The notes under the pieces: generated by a model
Databases searched by the model: none
What the model was told of the DNA's origin: nothing
Seen by the model: the letters and a program-made list of their open reading frames with translations, nothing else
In this document: positions 1 through 8,934 of the stretch, piece after piece
How positions within the stretch are numbered: the first letter of the stretch is position 1
Layout: each line of letters starts with the position of its first letter
Translations under genes and position numbers: made by a program
Source of the DNA: Oligoflexales bacterium
Lineage (GTDB): Bacteria; Bdellovibrionota_B; Oligoflexia; Oligoflexales; CAIYRB01
Assembly: GCA_041736175.1 (NCBI GenBank)
Contig: JBGSUI010000056.1
Location: 64,001 to 128,000 of the forward strand
Length of the DNA stretch: 64,000 nt
Direction of reading: 5' to 3'

Positions 1-953
1 ACATTTTAGGTTTAAACTTTGGATTTAAAGAGATCGCTTTCATCGGAGATGCAGGTGGGTTTTCTGCAGAAAATACTTTTCTTAGATGTGATGGAGTCGA
101 CTATGTTCTTAAATGTTTCCGGAGTGATGACGAAATAAAAATCCAGCACATAGAAGCATCAGCAAAGCTGCTTTATGAAAATGGCTTGCAGGTGCCTCTT
201 TATATAAAAAATCGGAATGGTCAAGGCTATTTTGAAGTTTGCGATAGATTTTATGGTCTACTATCAAGAGTTAGTGGCATGACTCGCCACGAACCTGATC
301 TTGACGACGTTTCTTTGCAGGAAGCGGGTAGGTGTCTCGCCTCTATTCATAATATCACCAACTACAGCTTAATTGGTCGAAACCCAAGACCAACTCTTAT
401 ATCAAATAAAATTTATCCGGAGTCCATTATTGAGGCGCTTGAAAATAGTCCTCTAAATGTCGCAGTTGATGCTCAGACTCGCAATCTTCTCAGAATCAAA
501 GGTGATATAATTAAAAAATATCCTTCTCTCATTGAGCGGGGATTCTCGGCTAGAATCTCGCTGATCCATGGGGACTACCACAATCAGAATCTACTATTCA
601 ATAAAGACGGTACAATCGCTGGTCTTATTGATTTTGAACTTGTAGACATCGGTAGTCCGCAACGTGACATTATGAGTTTTATCCATTTAGCGTGTTGTAA
701 CACCGGATACCAACCAATGAATATCGAAAAAGTGAAGAGCTTTTTAAAAGGTTATCGCCAGTTAAGATCACTCGATCATAGTGACCTTAAAAACGGCATG
801 TTTGATTGGATGGTACGGATGTCCCACTCGCTGTTTATTGAGTCTAAAGTTTACATGGAGGGGTGCACAGACCTCTCCATGTTAATCACTCGTGACGAAA
901 AGAAACTCGGGTTTCTTTTGGAGAATGCCGAAGCTGTCGTAGTTCAGTTTTAA
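1..953 (+). CDS. Aminoglycoside phosphotransferase/homoserine kinase II-like kinase, 5' partial
   Basis: Frame is open from nt 3 (ILGLNFGFKEIAFIGDAGGFSAENTF...YVLKC) into the 186..953 ORF; Brenner-type motif IHGDYHNQN and metal-binding IDFE. Confidence 0.75.
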   Translation, partial: ILGLNFGFKEIAFIGDAGGFSAENTFLRCDGVDYVLKCFRSDDEIKIQHIEASAKLLYENGLQVPLYIKNRNGQGYFEVCDRFYGLLSRVSGMTRHEPDLDDVSLQEAGRCLASIHNITNYSLIGRNPRPTLISNKIYPESIIEALENSPLNVAVDAQTRNLLRIKGDIIKKYPSLIERGFSARISLIHGDYHNQNLLFNKDGTIAGLIDFELVDIGSPQRDIMSFIHLACCNTGYQPMNIEKVKSFLKGYRQLRSLDHSDLKNGMFDWMVRMSHSLFIESKVYMEGCTDLSMLITRDEKKLGFLLENAEAVVVQF

Positions 954-1115
954 TTCCGAAGATCTTAAACCATGGACAAGCAAATTATTGTTAACGTTAC
1001 TAAAAATGGTTATCTCGACAAAGATGGGTCAATCGAGACAGTTCTTGCCGCGTCAAAAAGTCTCCATTCCAAAGTGCGTGCAAAACCGAGGGGGCTGGTG
1101 ACGTGTGGAGCGGAA

Positions 1116-1754
1116 TCAATAACCAGGTGAGATCCACTTCGGAAGCGATTTGGACCTATTATTTAATCGCTCGCCACCGACTAGCTTGGTTTCCCCGACA
1201 AACGTTCCGGAGCGATCGACCGATCCGTTGGTAAGGCTCCACACTGGATTGGCGTCCTTTCCAACGTAATTGATCTCGCCTGTCCAGTTGTTTAAAGTGA
1301 GCAGATATTTTCCCGAAGAGTAATATTTCGAGGTTACGTCAGCTCGCGTTGATTTCAAATTTTTTGAAACGAATTTTTCGTAAGTGATAGTTTTGTCTTT
1401 TAGGAGAACGGTCCCTGCCGAGTCCGTCACTAAATTGGCTACTGTTTTCGATAAATCTATGCAGCCGTCGTCGTTGCCGACATCGTTCTCATAAACAGCC
1501 TTGCATGGCCCTCCTTCCTCGGTGGAAAAGGTCGAAGATGTGGTCAAATGATACGATACCTTGTCTGCGATGGTCGTGAGTTTCTGTTTGGTTTTCACTT
1601 TTAAAATCAAATAAATATTGTCGCTGGTGGCACAGAGCGTGTTTTCCTCCGATCCGAGGACTTGATATGTTTTGCCATTGGCCGCGGAAAGATCGCTATT
1701 ATCACAGCTAAACGTCATGGAAAATTCATATTTGAACAAGGAGTAGCTCGTCAA
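1116..1754 (-). CDS. Hypothetical protein, probably 5'-truncated or interrupted
   Basis: 212-aa Cys/Thr/Ser-rich ORF; frame continues upstream to an in-frame TAA (1839-1841) three codons after an in-frame ATG at 1850. Confidence 0.45.
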   Translation of the reverse strand: MTSYSLFKYEFSMTFSCDNSDLSAANGKTYQVLGSEENTLCATSDNIYLILKVKTKQKLTTIADKVSYHLTTSSTFSTEEGGPCKAVYENDVGNDDGCIDLSKTVANLVTDSAGTVLLKDKTITYEKFVSKNLKSTRADVTSKYYSSGKYLLTLNNWTGEINYVGKDANPVWSLTNGSVDRSGTFVGETKLVGGERLNNRSKSLPKWISPGY

Positions 1755-1861
1755 ATTGTCGCTGCAAGACTGGGTGTTTAGAGAACCTGACTTTACATAT
1801 TTTATGTAGTTTTTACCGGCTTCACCACATCTTAAGGATTATTTTGTCATCGGCCCGATTT

Positions 1862-2656
1862 TCATCCGAAGTCAAACTCCCATACCCTATAAGCTGGCTT
1901 CCCGTAGTCCGGGCCGCACTCAAACCTGGTCGGGCCCTCGCACAGGCGGTGGCTGTGGCCATTGATGAAGATCCTCACTCTGTGCTGCTCGGTCAACATC
2001 TCTCCCACGCCTCGGCTCCACCCCCACGTCTCAAGCGGCACGAAGTCGGTGGGATCCTCGACGACCGGAAAGTGCGAGGCGAAGATGATATGGAGGTCCC
2101 CAGGACCGAGCTTGTCCAGGTTGTGGTAGAGGCTTTGTTGGGCCAAGCGCTGCAGGTACCGGTGTGTGTCGCCCTCAAGCCCAATGGGCAGAAAATTAAA
2201 GTCGTTGGTTGCCGGCGAGCCCGCAGCGTACCAACCCATGCATCCGACAATCGCCAGCCCGGGCAGGTGGTCGCTCCGCCACGGACCGTCCAGATCGAGG
2301 AAGTGAACTCCGCTTTCCGTCATGGCCTCTTGGATCTCCTCTAAGTTCCTAGCGAAGGTCTCCGCCCCGGGCCTCGTCCCGCGACGGCCTTTGCCGGGGA
2401 TATGGTCCGGCTCCCTCCACAGGTCGTGGTTGCCGGTCGTTGCCACGATCGCAATTCCCGGCTCAAAAATGCGACGCATCATCCTGAGCGTGGTGCGCAC
2501 CGCGCGGGCTCCGTTCGTCCCCCCGCAAAAATCCCCGAGGTGGAGAACCAGGTCGAACTTCTCCCCAGCCATGCGTGAAAACATTTTCTCCAACGCCCGT
2601 GGTGAGGTCAAAGTACCAATATGGGTGTCCGATGTCTGGGCTATTCTGATTTTCAC
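1862..2656 (-). CDS. Calcineurin-like metallophosphoesterase
   Basis: Motifs SDTH, LGD, GNHD, SHF, GHSH in canonical order; likely GTG start at 2656 (ORF track start 2683); visibly GC-richer than flanks. Confidence 0.85.
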   Translation of the reverse strand: MKIRIAQTSDTHIGTLTSPRALEKMFSRMAGEKFDLVLHLGDFCGGTNGARAVRTTLRMMRRIFEPGIAIVATTGNHDLWREPDHIPGKGRRGTRPGAETFARNLEEIQEAMTESGVHFLDLDGPWRSDHLPGLAIVGCMGWYAAGSPATNDFNFLPIGLEGDTHRYLQRLAQQSLYHNLDKLGPGDLHIIFASHFPVVEDPTDFVPLETWGWSRGVGEMLTEQHRVRIFINGHSHRLCEGPTRFECGPDYGKPAYRVWEFDFG

Positions 2657-2750
2657 GGTGGTTCCTTCTCTTGACGCGAGCAAGTCGGTCCATGTTGACC
2701 ACTTACATCAAAAAACGCTTTTCCGACCTTAGCATATTAGCTGACATTTT

Positions 2751-2877
2751 TCTTAGTCGACTAAGATCTCGCGTCCTATTCAGGTGTGAAGTTACCCTTT
2801 GCAGGAACTGATTCTGGTATCAAAAGTATACCGATACCGGTTCATTTTTGGAACTTTTAGATCCAGAAAGTTTCAAA
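2751..2877. promoter_or_regulatory. Cluster of inverted repeats in a divergent intergenic region
   Basis: Perfect 16-bp palindrome TCTTAGTCGACTAAGA (2751-2766); GGTATC...GATACC (2816-2838); TTTGGAACTTT...AAAGTTTCAAA (2847-2877). Confidence 0.4.
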
Positions 2878-3143
2878 CTATTGGAGAATGTCAGGGATCA
2901 TAGCAGTAACACCGACTATTCCCATTTGGCACTCATTTTGCTTTATGCCGACTTCACGGAGTCTTGGCGATTGGTTATCGATTCAAGCCGAGCTACCAAA
3001 CTCCACATGCATTAGACAGTTTTTTAGAGCCAGGAGGGCATTGTAATTATTTAAATGTTTATAGTGACCATGTGAGTCGAGATCGTTCGACGCTGGTTTA
3101 AACCGCGATTATTAACAATCTGAATTTTATATAGGATTTTATC

Positions 3144-3776
3144 ATGATGACACTTAGATTTATAATCATTGTAATTTTAGGTTTTATTCCTAGAGATCTC
3201 TGGGCATGTACCCAAAGAACCGACAGGTTTAGTACGACTATTACTACAGACCCATCAGATTGGGTTAACCGCTGGTCAACCTATTCCGGCAGAGATCATA
3301 CCGCTATGGCGCCTTTTACGCCCAGGTCATATTCCGGCTATAAAAGAGAACCGCGGGATGGATGCATTGTTTGGGGTCCATATGCACATACTTTCGGGCC
3401 GGCGACCTTATATGGTACTTTGTATTTTAAATTAAAGGTACACGGTTTAGATAAAAATGCATACGCTGTCAGAATGGATATATCTGCTGATAGCGGACGT
3501 AAAATTCTTGTGTCAAGAAATTTTTCTGTTGAAGACTTGAACCATCTTACACCGGAAATAGAGCAAAATATTTATACTGGACAACTTGGGGTCTATAGAA
3601 CCTATCAAACACTGATCTATGAATCCACTGCTCCTTTAAATGATATCGAAGTTCGTCTCTGCGATGTTAACCCCGAAAGAATACTTGTGGAGTTTGATGT
3701 TTATGAGTCTATTTTAACGCTCAATTATAACGCAGAATCTGCGACAGTTGTCGAGTCGGACTGTCATAAAGAATAA
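3144..3776 (+). CDS. Secreted protein, possible carbohydrate-binding beta-sandwich; first gene of toxin cluster
   Basis: Hydrophobic N-terminus ending LWA; beta-rich body with WGPY motif. Confidence 0.6.
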   Translation: MMTLRFIIIVILGFIPRDLWACTQRTDRFSTTITTDPSDWVNRWSTYSGRDHTAMAPFTPRSYSGYKREPRDGCIVWGPYAHTFGPATLYGTLYFKLKVHGLDKNAYAVRMDISADSGRKILVSRNFSVEDLNHLTPEIEQNIYTGQLGVYRTYQTLIYESTAPLNDIEVRLCDVNPERILVEFDVYESILTLNYNAESATVVESDCHKE

Positions 3777-3835
3777 CTTCTAAAGGTCAATTTTTTAAAA
3801 ATTTATCACCAATTTACTAAGGATCAAAATAAGAA

Positions 3836-4788
3836 ATGAGCTTCAAAATCATAAAAAAATTAATAGTTACCCTCAATTTTGGCCTGGCTAGTTCAGCCTT
3901 TGCCAATTTTCCACTAAACGTCATGCATTGTCCTGCATCGGGATCCAGTTCAATGGTCATAGGATGTCAGGTTACTCCAGGAAATCTTTTATCTCATCCC
4001 GCTTATGAAACAGAAGGAGATTCTGTTGAATATCGTATCAAATATGATTTTACCCGCTCACCGGGGTTTGGTCCTGATACCCTCGACGTTCGAGTCGTTT
4101 CGGGGGATGTCTCGAAACGTCTCAATTTTGGTGAAATCGGGGAGATTTCGATAAATGGACAGAGACCACTCGACATTGCGGATTTTGATGAGGTGGGAAC
4201 AAAAGGGTCTTTGCTAAACCCTAACTGCAAACTTGAAATCCAAAGCGTCGCAGTCAAGCCGACGGATGACCAAATTAAAAAATGGAATAGCAAAAAGGCT
4301 GAAATGGTAGATCAATTGGCTCAAAATAAAAGTCTGCTGAGGCATTCGGCGAGCTTGTCATAATTTATCCTGGATATTTCTTTATGAAGGAACTTTCAGA
4401 AGAATTTAATGAAAAACTATCAGGTGAAAAGTTACAAAACATTCGTAAACGAGCAGCAGAGCATAAAGCTTTGTTAACTAAAATAATGACTAGAGGAATG
4501 ACTCTAGGGTTAAAGGTGGAGGAAGTTTCTGCTGTTGCAAACCTTCAAATCACTCTGGCTACTTTAGGTAGCACGGATGATTGGGTTAACCTAGATGGTT
4601 CGGCAAAATCTCTAGCAGATTGGCTTAGCTCAGAAGATCAGAAAATTCTTGAGACATTGGGATCTAAAGCAAATGAGGCCACACTAGAAGGCTATAAAAA
4701 TGATTACACTATGTTTACGGATTTAGCTTTAAGAGAAGAGGTCAGCATCAAAAAAATGGACGAAATCCTCCAAAGGGTCTCGAACTAA
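3836..4788 (+). pseudogene. Secreted beta-domain/coiled-coil protein split by a 1-nt frameshift (ORFs 3836..4363 and 4384..4788)
   Basis: Signal peptide ending SAFA; second frame is open from 4330 (KSAEAFGELVIIYPGYFFMKEL); one extra A in the A-run at 4328-4331 would fuse both into ~317 aa. Confidence 0.6.
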
Positions 4789-4817
4789 ACTCTTTAACAA
4801 AAAAAGGCTGATTCAAC

Positions 4818-6284
4818 ATGAAGCAACTGATGACTCTGTTTGGATTGATAAGCTTTTATCTGTTTGCGCTACCGAATGCATATGGCCAACATATCTACTC
4901 TATAGGGCAAATGAAGAGAAGTGATTGTCAAGGGAATCCTTTAGAAGTCACCAAGGATTGGGAGAAAAGAGCATGCGCCTCCTTTAGTGTCAAGGATACC
5001 TACGTCTGTGGGATGGCCTGGGTCCGCGAAAAATTAACGGAACAACGGTGCTTTTTTATGATGGTCGAACAACCATGTTACGACCCTAACACTGATAGGT
5101 CTTTCCTTAGATACTACGACGCTCTCAAAGAATTCGTCATGAATCCCGAAACCGATCGACGTACCCGTGTCACGACCTTAGCCTTTCTAAAACAGGCGCT
5201 TAAATCTATTGATGATCGACAAAAACAGGAGCTTGATAGGACCGCTAACGCAGCACTTAAGGAAATGCTCATAAAAAAATCTGGAGTTGATGAATCTAGA
5301 AGGATTCTAGCGAGTGAGTCGGAGGCTGCTCAAAAACTAGACGCTTTGGTGGCTCGATACCGGCAAGAACTCATCAAACTGACCGCTGATTTTACTTCCT
5401 TGAGATCCAAGGATCATGGAACCTACAAATCTGTTTTAGAGGCACTCCAGCGCATCCACGCCCATAGCGAATTGTCGAAAAGGGCGAGTCTTGATGACCT
5501 TTTAAAATACTCGATTGAAGTTGATGATTACTATCGCCAGTTAGAATCTGGCCTCTCCCTTCAGATGTTTCAACTAAGAATCCTATTAAATCGCATAAAG
5601 ATCCTCGATGATTTAACGAGCGGAAGAGGATTCCTGGCCCAAGAAATGGATGAAGCCAACAAAATGGCATCTAAACATAATTTACCATCACCTAAAGGGA
5701 CCCCACTTCTTACAAAAGAAGTGGAGAAATTATTAGCCCACTATCAAGAGGCATCAGCAAAAGCTGCGAAATTTGTCGAGACTTATCGCAAACAAGTAGA
5801 TATGAGGACGAATCTATTGATCCTCCAAAAAGCAGACCGAGACACTCGTTTGCGCAAGTCTCAAAGCCAAGATCTATCTTCATCGACAATGTTTTTAAAG
5901 GAGATACATGACCTTACCAAAAAAATGTGGGGTCTAGTTCCCGAGGATGGCTCCATCCCACTGTTTAGCGAGCAATACAATACACTAACCCTTATCCTCT
6001 CCAAAGAGTCGCTATGTAAGTCCTCTGATAAAGGGAAACTCCCTTGGATTCAAACCGGCTGCAACTTTTTGCAAGGGGAGATTGCTTCCATTAAGAGCTA
6101 CCAAACCGAAACCTTACCTGTTATGATAGGTGCATATATGAACTATTTTAATGCAAAAGATCATAACCTTATCCAAAAACAGATCGAACTTGTGAATCAA
6201 AAACTCAGCGAAGGAAATCTGGGGCAAGCTATAGAGATCTATGACTCGCTGGCAAGCGTCCAAAACAAGGAGCGAGCTCCATGA
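4818..6284 (+). CDS. Secreted Cys-rich N-domain/long coiled-coil protein (toxin cluster component)
   Basis: Signal peptide ending NAYG; five Cys in the first ~90 aa; long helical K/E/L/A-rich body; ATGA overlap with the toxin gene. Confidence 0.75.
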   Translation: MKQLMTLFGLISFYLFALPNAYGQHIYSIGQMKRSDCQGNPLEVTKDWEKRACASFSVKDTYVCGMAWVREKLTEQRCFFMMVEQPCYDPNTDRSFLRYYDALKEFVMNPETDRRTRVTTLAFLKQALKSIDDRQKQELDRTANAALKEMLIKKSGVDESRRILASESEAAQKLDALVARYRQELIKLTADFTSLRSKDHGTYKSVLEALQRIHAHSELSKRASLDDLLKYSIEVDDYYRQLESGLSLQMFQLRILLNRIKILDDLTSGRGFLAQEMDEANKMASKHNLPSPKGTPLLTKEVEKLLAHYQEASAKAAKFVETYRKQVDMRTNLLILQKADRDTRLRKSQSQDLSSSTMFLKEIHDLTKKMWGLVPEDGSIPLFSEQYNTLTLILSKESLCKSSDKGKLPWIQTGCNFLQGEIASIKSYQTETLPVMIGAYMNYFNAKDHNLIQKQIELVNQKLSEGNLGQAIEIYDSLASVQNKERAP

Positions 6285-8413
6285 AATCCTTTAACTTTAT
6301 TGCAATCATTTTGAGCCTCTTTTTTGCGAACGTTTCCTACGGCGAGGCAACCTATTGTCTTTACATAGAGTCGCATTTCTTTGAAGATTCAGTCGATAAA
6401 CCTGATTTTAAAGAAAACACAGATTTTATTTCTGTCAACGAGAATCCCATCTCTTTCAACAATGAGCCCTTTGACTCTCGGCTCATGGATGGCTTAGCAA
6501 AAGGCTGCTTTTCTGAAAAAATCCTTAAGGATGGACTTAATGAGTTTAATTTTGGCATCCAATCAAGGATCGTTATAAACTTTGTTCATCAGCGCTTCAA
6601 AGTGTATATGGAGGGTCCTAGCAGAGGGCGCTTCGACCTCTTTAACATCACGGCCAAGGGAACTAGAGAAGATAAAGCATCATACTCTGGATCGACCACG
6701 CTTCAGTTGAGTTTTGCCAGTCTCAATCCCGAGCTTGATTATGCACAGAGGGGGTTAATCACCGATGTGGATATCAATAGGGCAAAAATCGATATCACAA
6801 ATCGCGATATCGAATCGGCTCGCAAGATTCTAAGTGAGCTACTCAACAAAAAATTTGAAGATATTGTACCTGAAGACTTCACTCGATTCGATAAAAACAT
6901 GCTTGTCCAGCTTTTGTCTGATCTCAGAAAAGACAAGGCACAGTTAAACGCAGATATTGAGGCCAAAATTCAAAAGATTCGTCAGGATGTTTTGGATCTA
7001 AGCAACTATGCTCAAAGTGAACTGGAAAAATCCAGTGGCTCAGAGGGGGATATCAACCGAGCATTAGATACGATAGACCTTCCAGATTTAGAATTACCGG
7101 CTCTTGACGACGAAATCCCACCCTTCGACGAAGCGAAAAGCCAGTACGCCCAATACGCTACGGAGATCCTCCAAAAGCTAGATGCAGCTAAAGCCTCGAA
7201 TAATCGTCAATATTTCCTGGAATTGGTATGGGTATGGGCGCGAGAACAAGCTTCTCTAGATCTGCTCCTTTCGGCTCGTCCAGGTGTTCTTCCTGCTGAA
7301 TATGCCTCGTTTATGGCGGCGCAAAAACGTGTCTATGACTACGTCTATACAGTCGTTGACCATCGCTTTTATTTTCTAGACGTCCCTATTCCAGAAGATC
7401 TTAAGGACGGTATCGAACAGGAAATGAACGAATTTTCTCCGCAGTTGGCCAAAAGCCTTAAAGCCACCCTGAATGAATCTGGATCACGGCTTAACAGCGA
7501 AGACTCTGCGACGATCATCGAGATGTTTCGAGCCATTAGACTTTTTTACAGGATCGCTCGGGAGGAGGAAGACCAAAAGGTTAAGAAAGCCCTTGTGCAA
7601 GAAGCCGACGAGAGAACCCAGGAGCTAATCAGTATCCTCAGAATGGGGCTATCCTTCACCCCTGCAGACCCCATCTTCGGATTTTGCGAGATGATCACCG
7701 GAAAAGAAGGTTGTCTGGCCCGGGGAAGGGACCTCTCAGAGGTAGAAATGGTCATAGCTTGTGCTCCCTTTTTCCTAAAGGGTCTTGGCAAAGTGGTTGC
7801 CATGGGGTCTAAAAGGTTTGGGGGGTATTTTAAGGTTGAGAGGGTTGCGGAGAAAGGGGACAAGCTTTTTGACTCTGCGAAGCGAATTGGGATAACGACA
7901 TCGACAGAGTTAAAAGTTTTTGGCCAAACTCTGAAAAAATATAAAATAGATTTTTCAAAATTCCCTGATGGGATCGGATTCAGATCAGATCTAAAACAGC
8001 ACTTAAGCATATTTGATGGCTTCACTCAAAAGGTCGGGATCAAAGGTGCCCATAATTCTGAGGCTTTCGCCAAAGCTATAACTGACAATGGAGCTAGGAT
8101 TAGTAAAACTACAGAGCACGCATCGATCCCTGGAATAAAAGTTGTTGAATATGAAGTACCAAAATTGGATGCTGCCCTAAGACCGACTGGCGAGTTTAAA
8201 ACTGGCTTTAAGAAAACAATCTATGACCCAAACATCATTTCTGATACTGAGATACTCCAGCTCGGGCAAATTGCTGCCGCGACTGGATATGAAAAAGCAA
8301 TTTCGGAAGGGTCCAGAAGCTTCGTTGAAAAAATCGGCGGAATAGATTTTCAAGTATTTCTTGAAAATGATGCTGTATCAAATGTATTTCCAATAATAGA
8401 AGGCATTTTATGA
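6281..8413 (+). CDS. Polymorphic toxin: signal peptide, coiled-coil, pre-toxin TG (PT-TG) domain, C-terminal bacterial EndoU RNase (CdiA-CT STEC_O31-like)
   Basis: Signal peptide ending VSYG; PT-TG-like GLSFTP...CEMITGKE...GRDLS; C-terminus KQHL..FDGFTQK.GIKGAHN...YEVP...KKTIYDP...LQLGQ.AAA.GY...GG..F.V...VSN.FP matches the E. coli STEC_O31 CdiA-CT pattern as I recall it. Confidence 0.85.
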   Translation: MKSFNFIAIILSLFFANVSYGEATYCLYIESHFFEDSVDKPDFKENTDFISVNENPISFNNEPFDSRLMDGLAKGCFSEKILKDGLNEFNFGIQSRIVINFVHQRFKVYMEGPSRGRFDLFNITAKGTREDKASYSGSTTLQLSFASLNPELDYAQRGLITDVDINRAKIDITNRDIESARKILSELLNKKFEDIVPEDFTRFDKNMLVQLLSDLRKDKAQLNADIEAKIQKIRQDVLDLSNYAQSELEKSSGSEGDINRALDTIDLPDLELPALDDEIPPFDEAKSQYAQYATEILQKLDAAKASNNRQYFLELVWVWAREQASLDLLLSARPGVLPAEYASFMAAQKRVYDYVYTVVDHRFYFLDVPIPEDLKDGIEQEMNEFSPQLAKSLKATLNESGSRLNSEDSATIIEMFRAIRLFYRIAREEEDQKVKKALVQEADERTQELISILRMGLSFTPADPIFGFCEMITGKEGCLARGRDLSEVEMVIACAPFFLKGLGKVVAMGSKRFGGYFKVERVAEKGDKLFDSAKRIGITTSTELKVFGQTLKKYKIDFSKFPDGIGFRSDLKQHLSIFDGFTQKVGIKGAHNSEAFAKAITDNGARISKTTEHASIPGIKVVEYEVPKLDAALRPTGEFKTGFKKTIYDPNIISDTEILQLGQIAAATGYEKAISEGSRSFVEKIGGIDFQVFLENDAVSNVFPIIEGIL

Positions 8414-8757
8414 AAAAAGATAGTCAAATGTTTGTTGAAATAAGCAAAAATGATGATCTTTTGATTCCAAAGCTTTTTTTTAACACGCTTATGCGTTTTG
8501 GCTTTATCTCGAGCATTGAAAGACTAGTCGATCAAAAAATGGTAGCGGATGAATATAATGGGTGTAGCTTTCCTGGAGATTTGGATGCTGGCGAAGTTCC
8601 TTTTGAAGGAATAAAATTTCGATATATTGATGATGAAATAATTGTTGATGAAACTACGTTTCGGTCTCTTCTTAAAGAAGCATGTGAAGGATTTATAAAA
8701 CATCATCCCGCTCATGAAGAGTCTGTTAGGCAGGTGCTTAAGCGAATAGGTGGCTGA
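8410..8757 (+). CDS. Cognate immunity protein (CdiI STEC_O31-like / CdiI_4 family)
   Basis: 115 aa, no signal peptide, ATGA overlap with toxin; motifs CSFP.D...FEGIKF...IIVDE..F...L..ACE.F...HP. Confidence 0.85.
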   Translation: MKKDSQMFVEISKNDDLLIPKLFFNTLMRFGFISSIERLVDQKMVADEYNGCSFPGDLDAGEVPFEGIKFRYIDDEIIVDETTFRSLLKEACEGFIKHHPAHEESVRQVLKRIGG

Positions 8758-8872
8758 TATTTGGAGCGCTTTATTTCCTTGTCCACGAGATCCTTTGAGA
8801 GTTTTTCCATCAATTGCAATCACCTCTCCAATCCCCAAGTTACAAAGCGACTTTATCCAATTGGTAACTGTA
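8752..8872 (-). mobile_element. ISAs1-family (H-repeat) transposase fragment
   Basis: Minus-strand translation NWIKSLCNLGIGEVIAIDGKTLKGSRGQGNKALQISA contains the ISAs1 signature VIAIDGKTL(R/K)GS. Confidence 0.75.
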
Positions 8873-8934
8873 AGTATTAGTTATCACTAATAAAATGCAC
8901 AAATCCCTAAAGTTTTCCCTTGAAAGTACTGGGC

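Noticed and set aside
972..1130. 52-aa ORF (MDKQIIVNVTKNG...) after the kinase
   Set aside because: Short, no recognisable motif, overlaps the convergent gene end; may be a truncated remnant but cannot be supported
1844..2732. Plus-strand ORFs 1844..2344 and 2322..2732
   Set aside because: Antisense shadows of the GC-rich metallophosphoesterase
6281..8757. Calling the locus cdiBAI, T6SS or Rhs
   Set aside because: No TPS/haemagglutinin repeats, VENN, CdiB, PAAR, VgrG or YD repeats; only the toxin tip and immunity are CDI-like
8524..8838. 104-aa minus-strand ORF as an intact gene
   Set aside because: Only the first ~29 aa are transposase-like; the rest is antisense to the immunity gene
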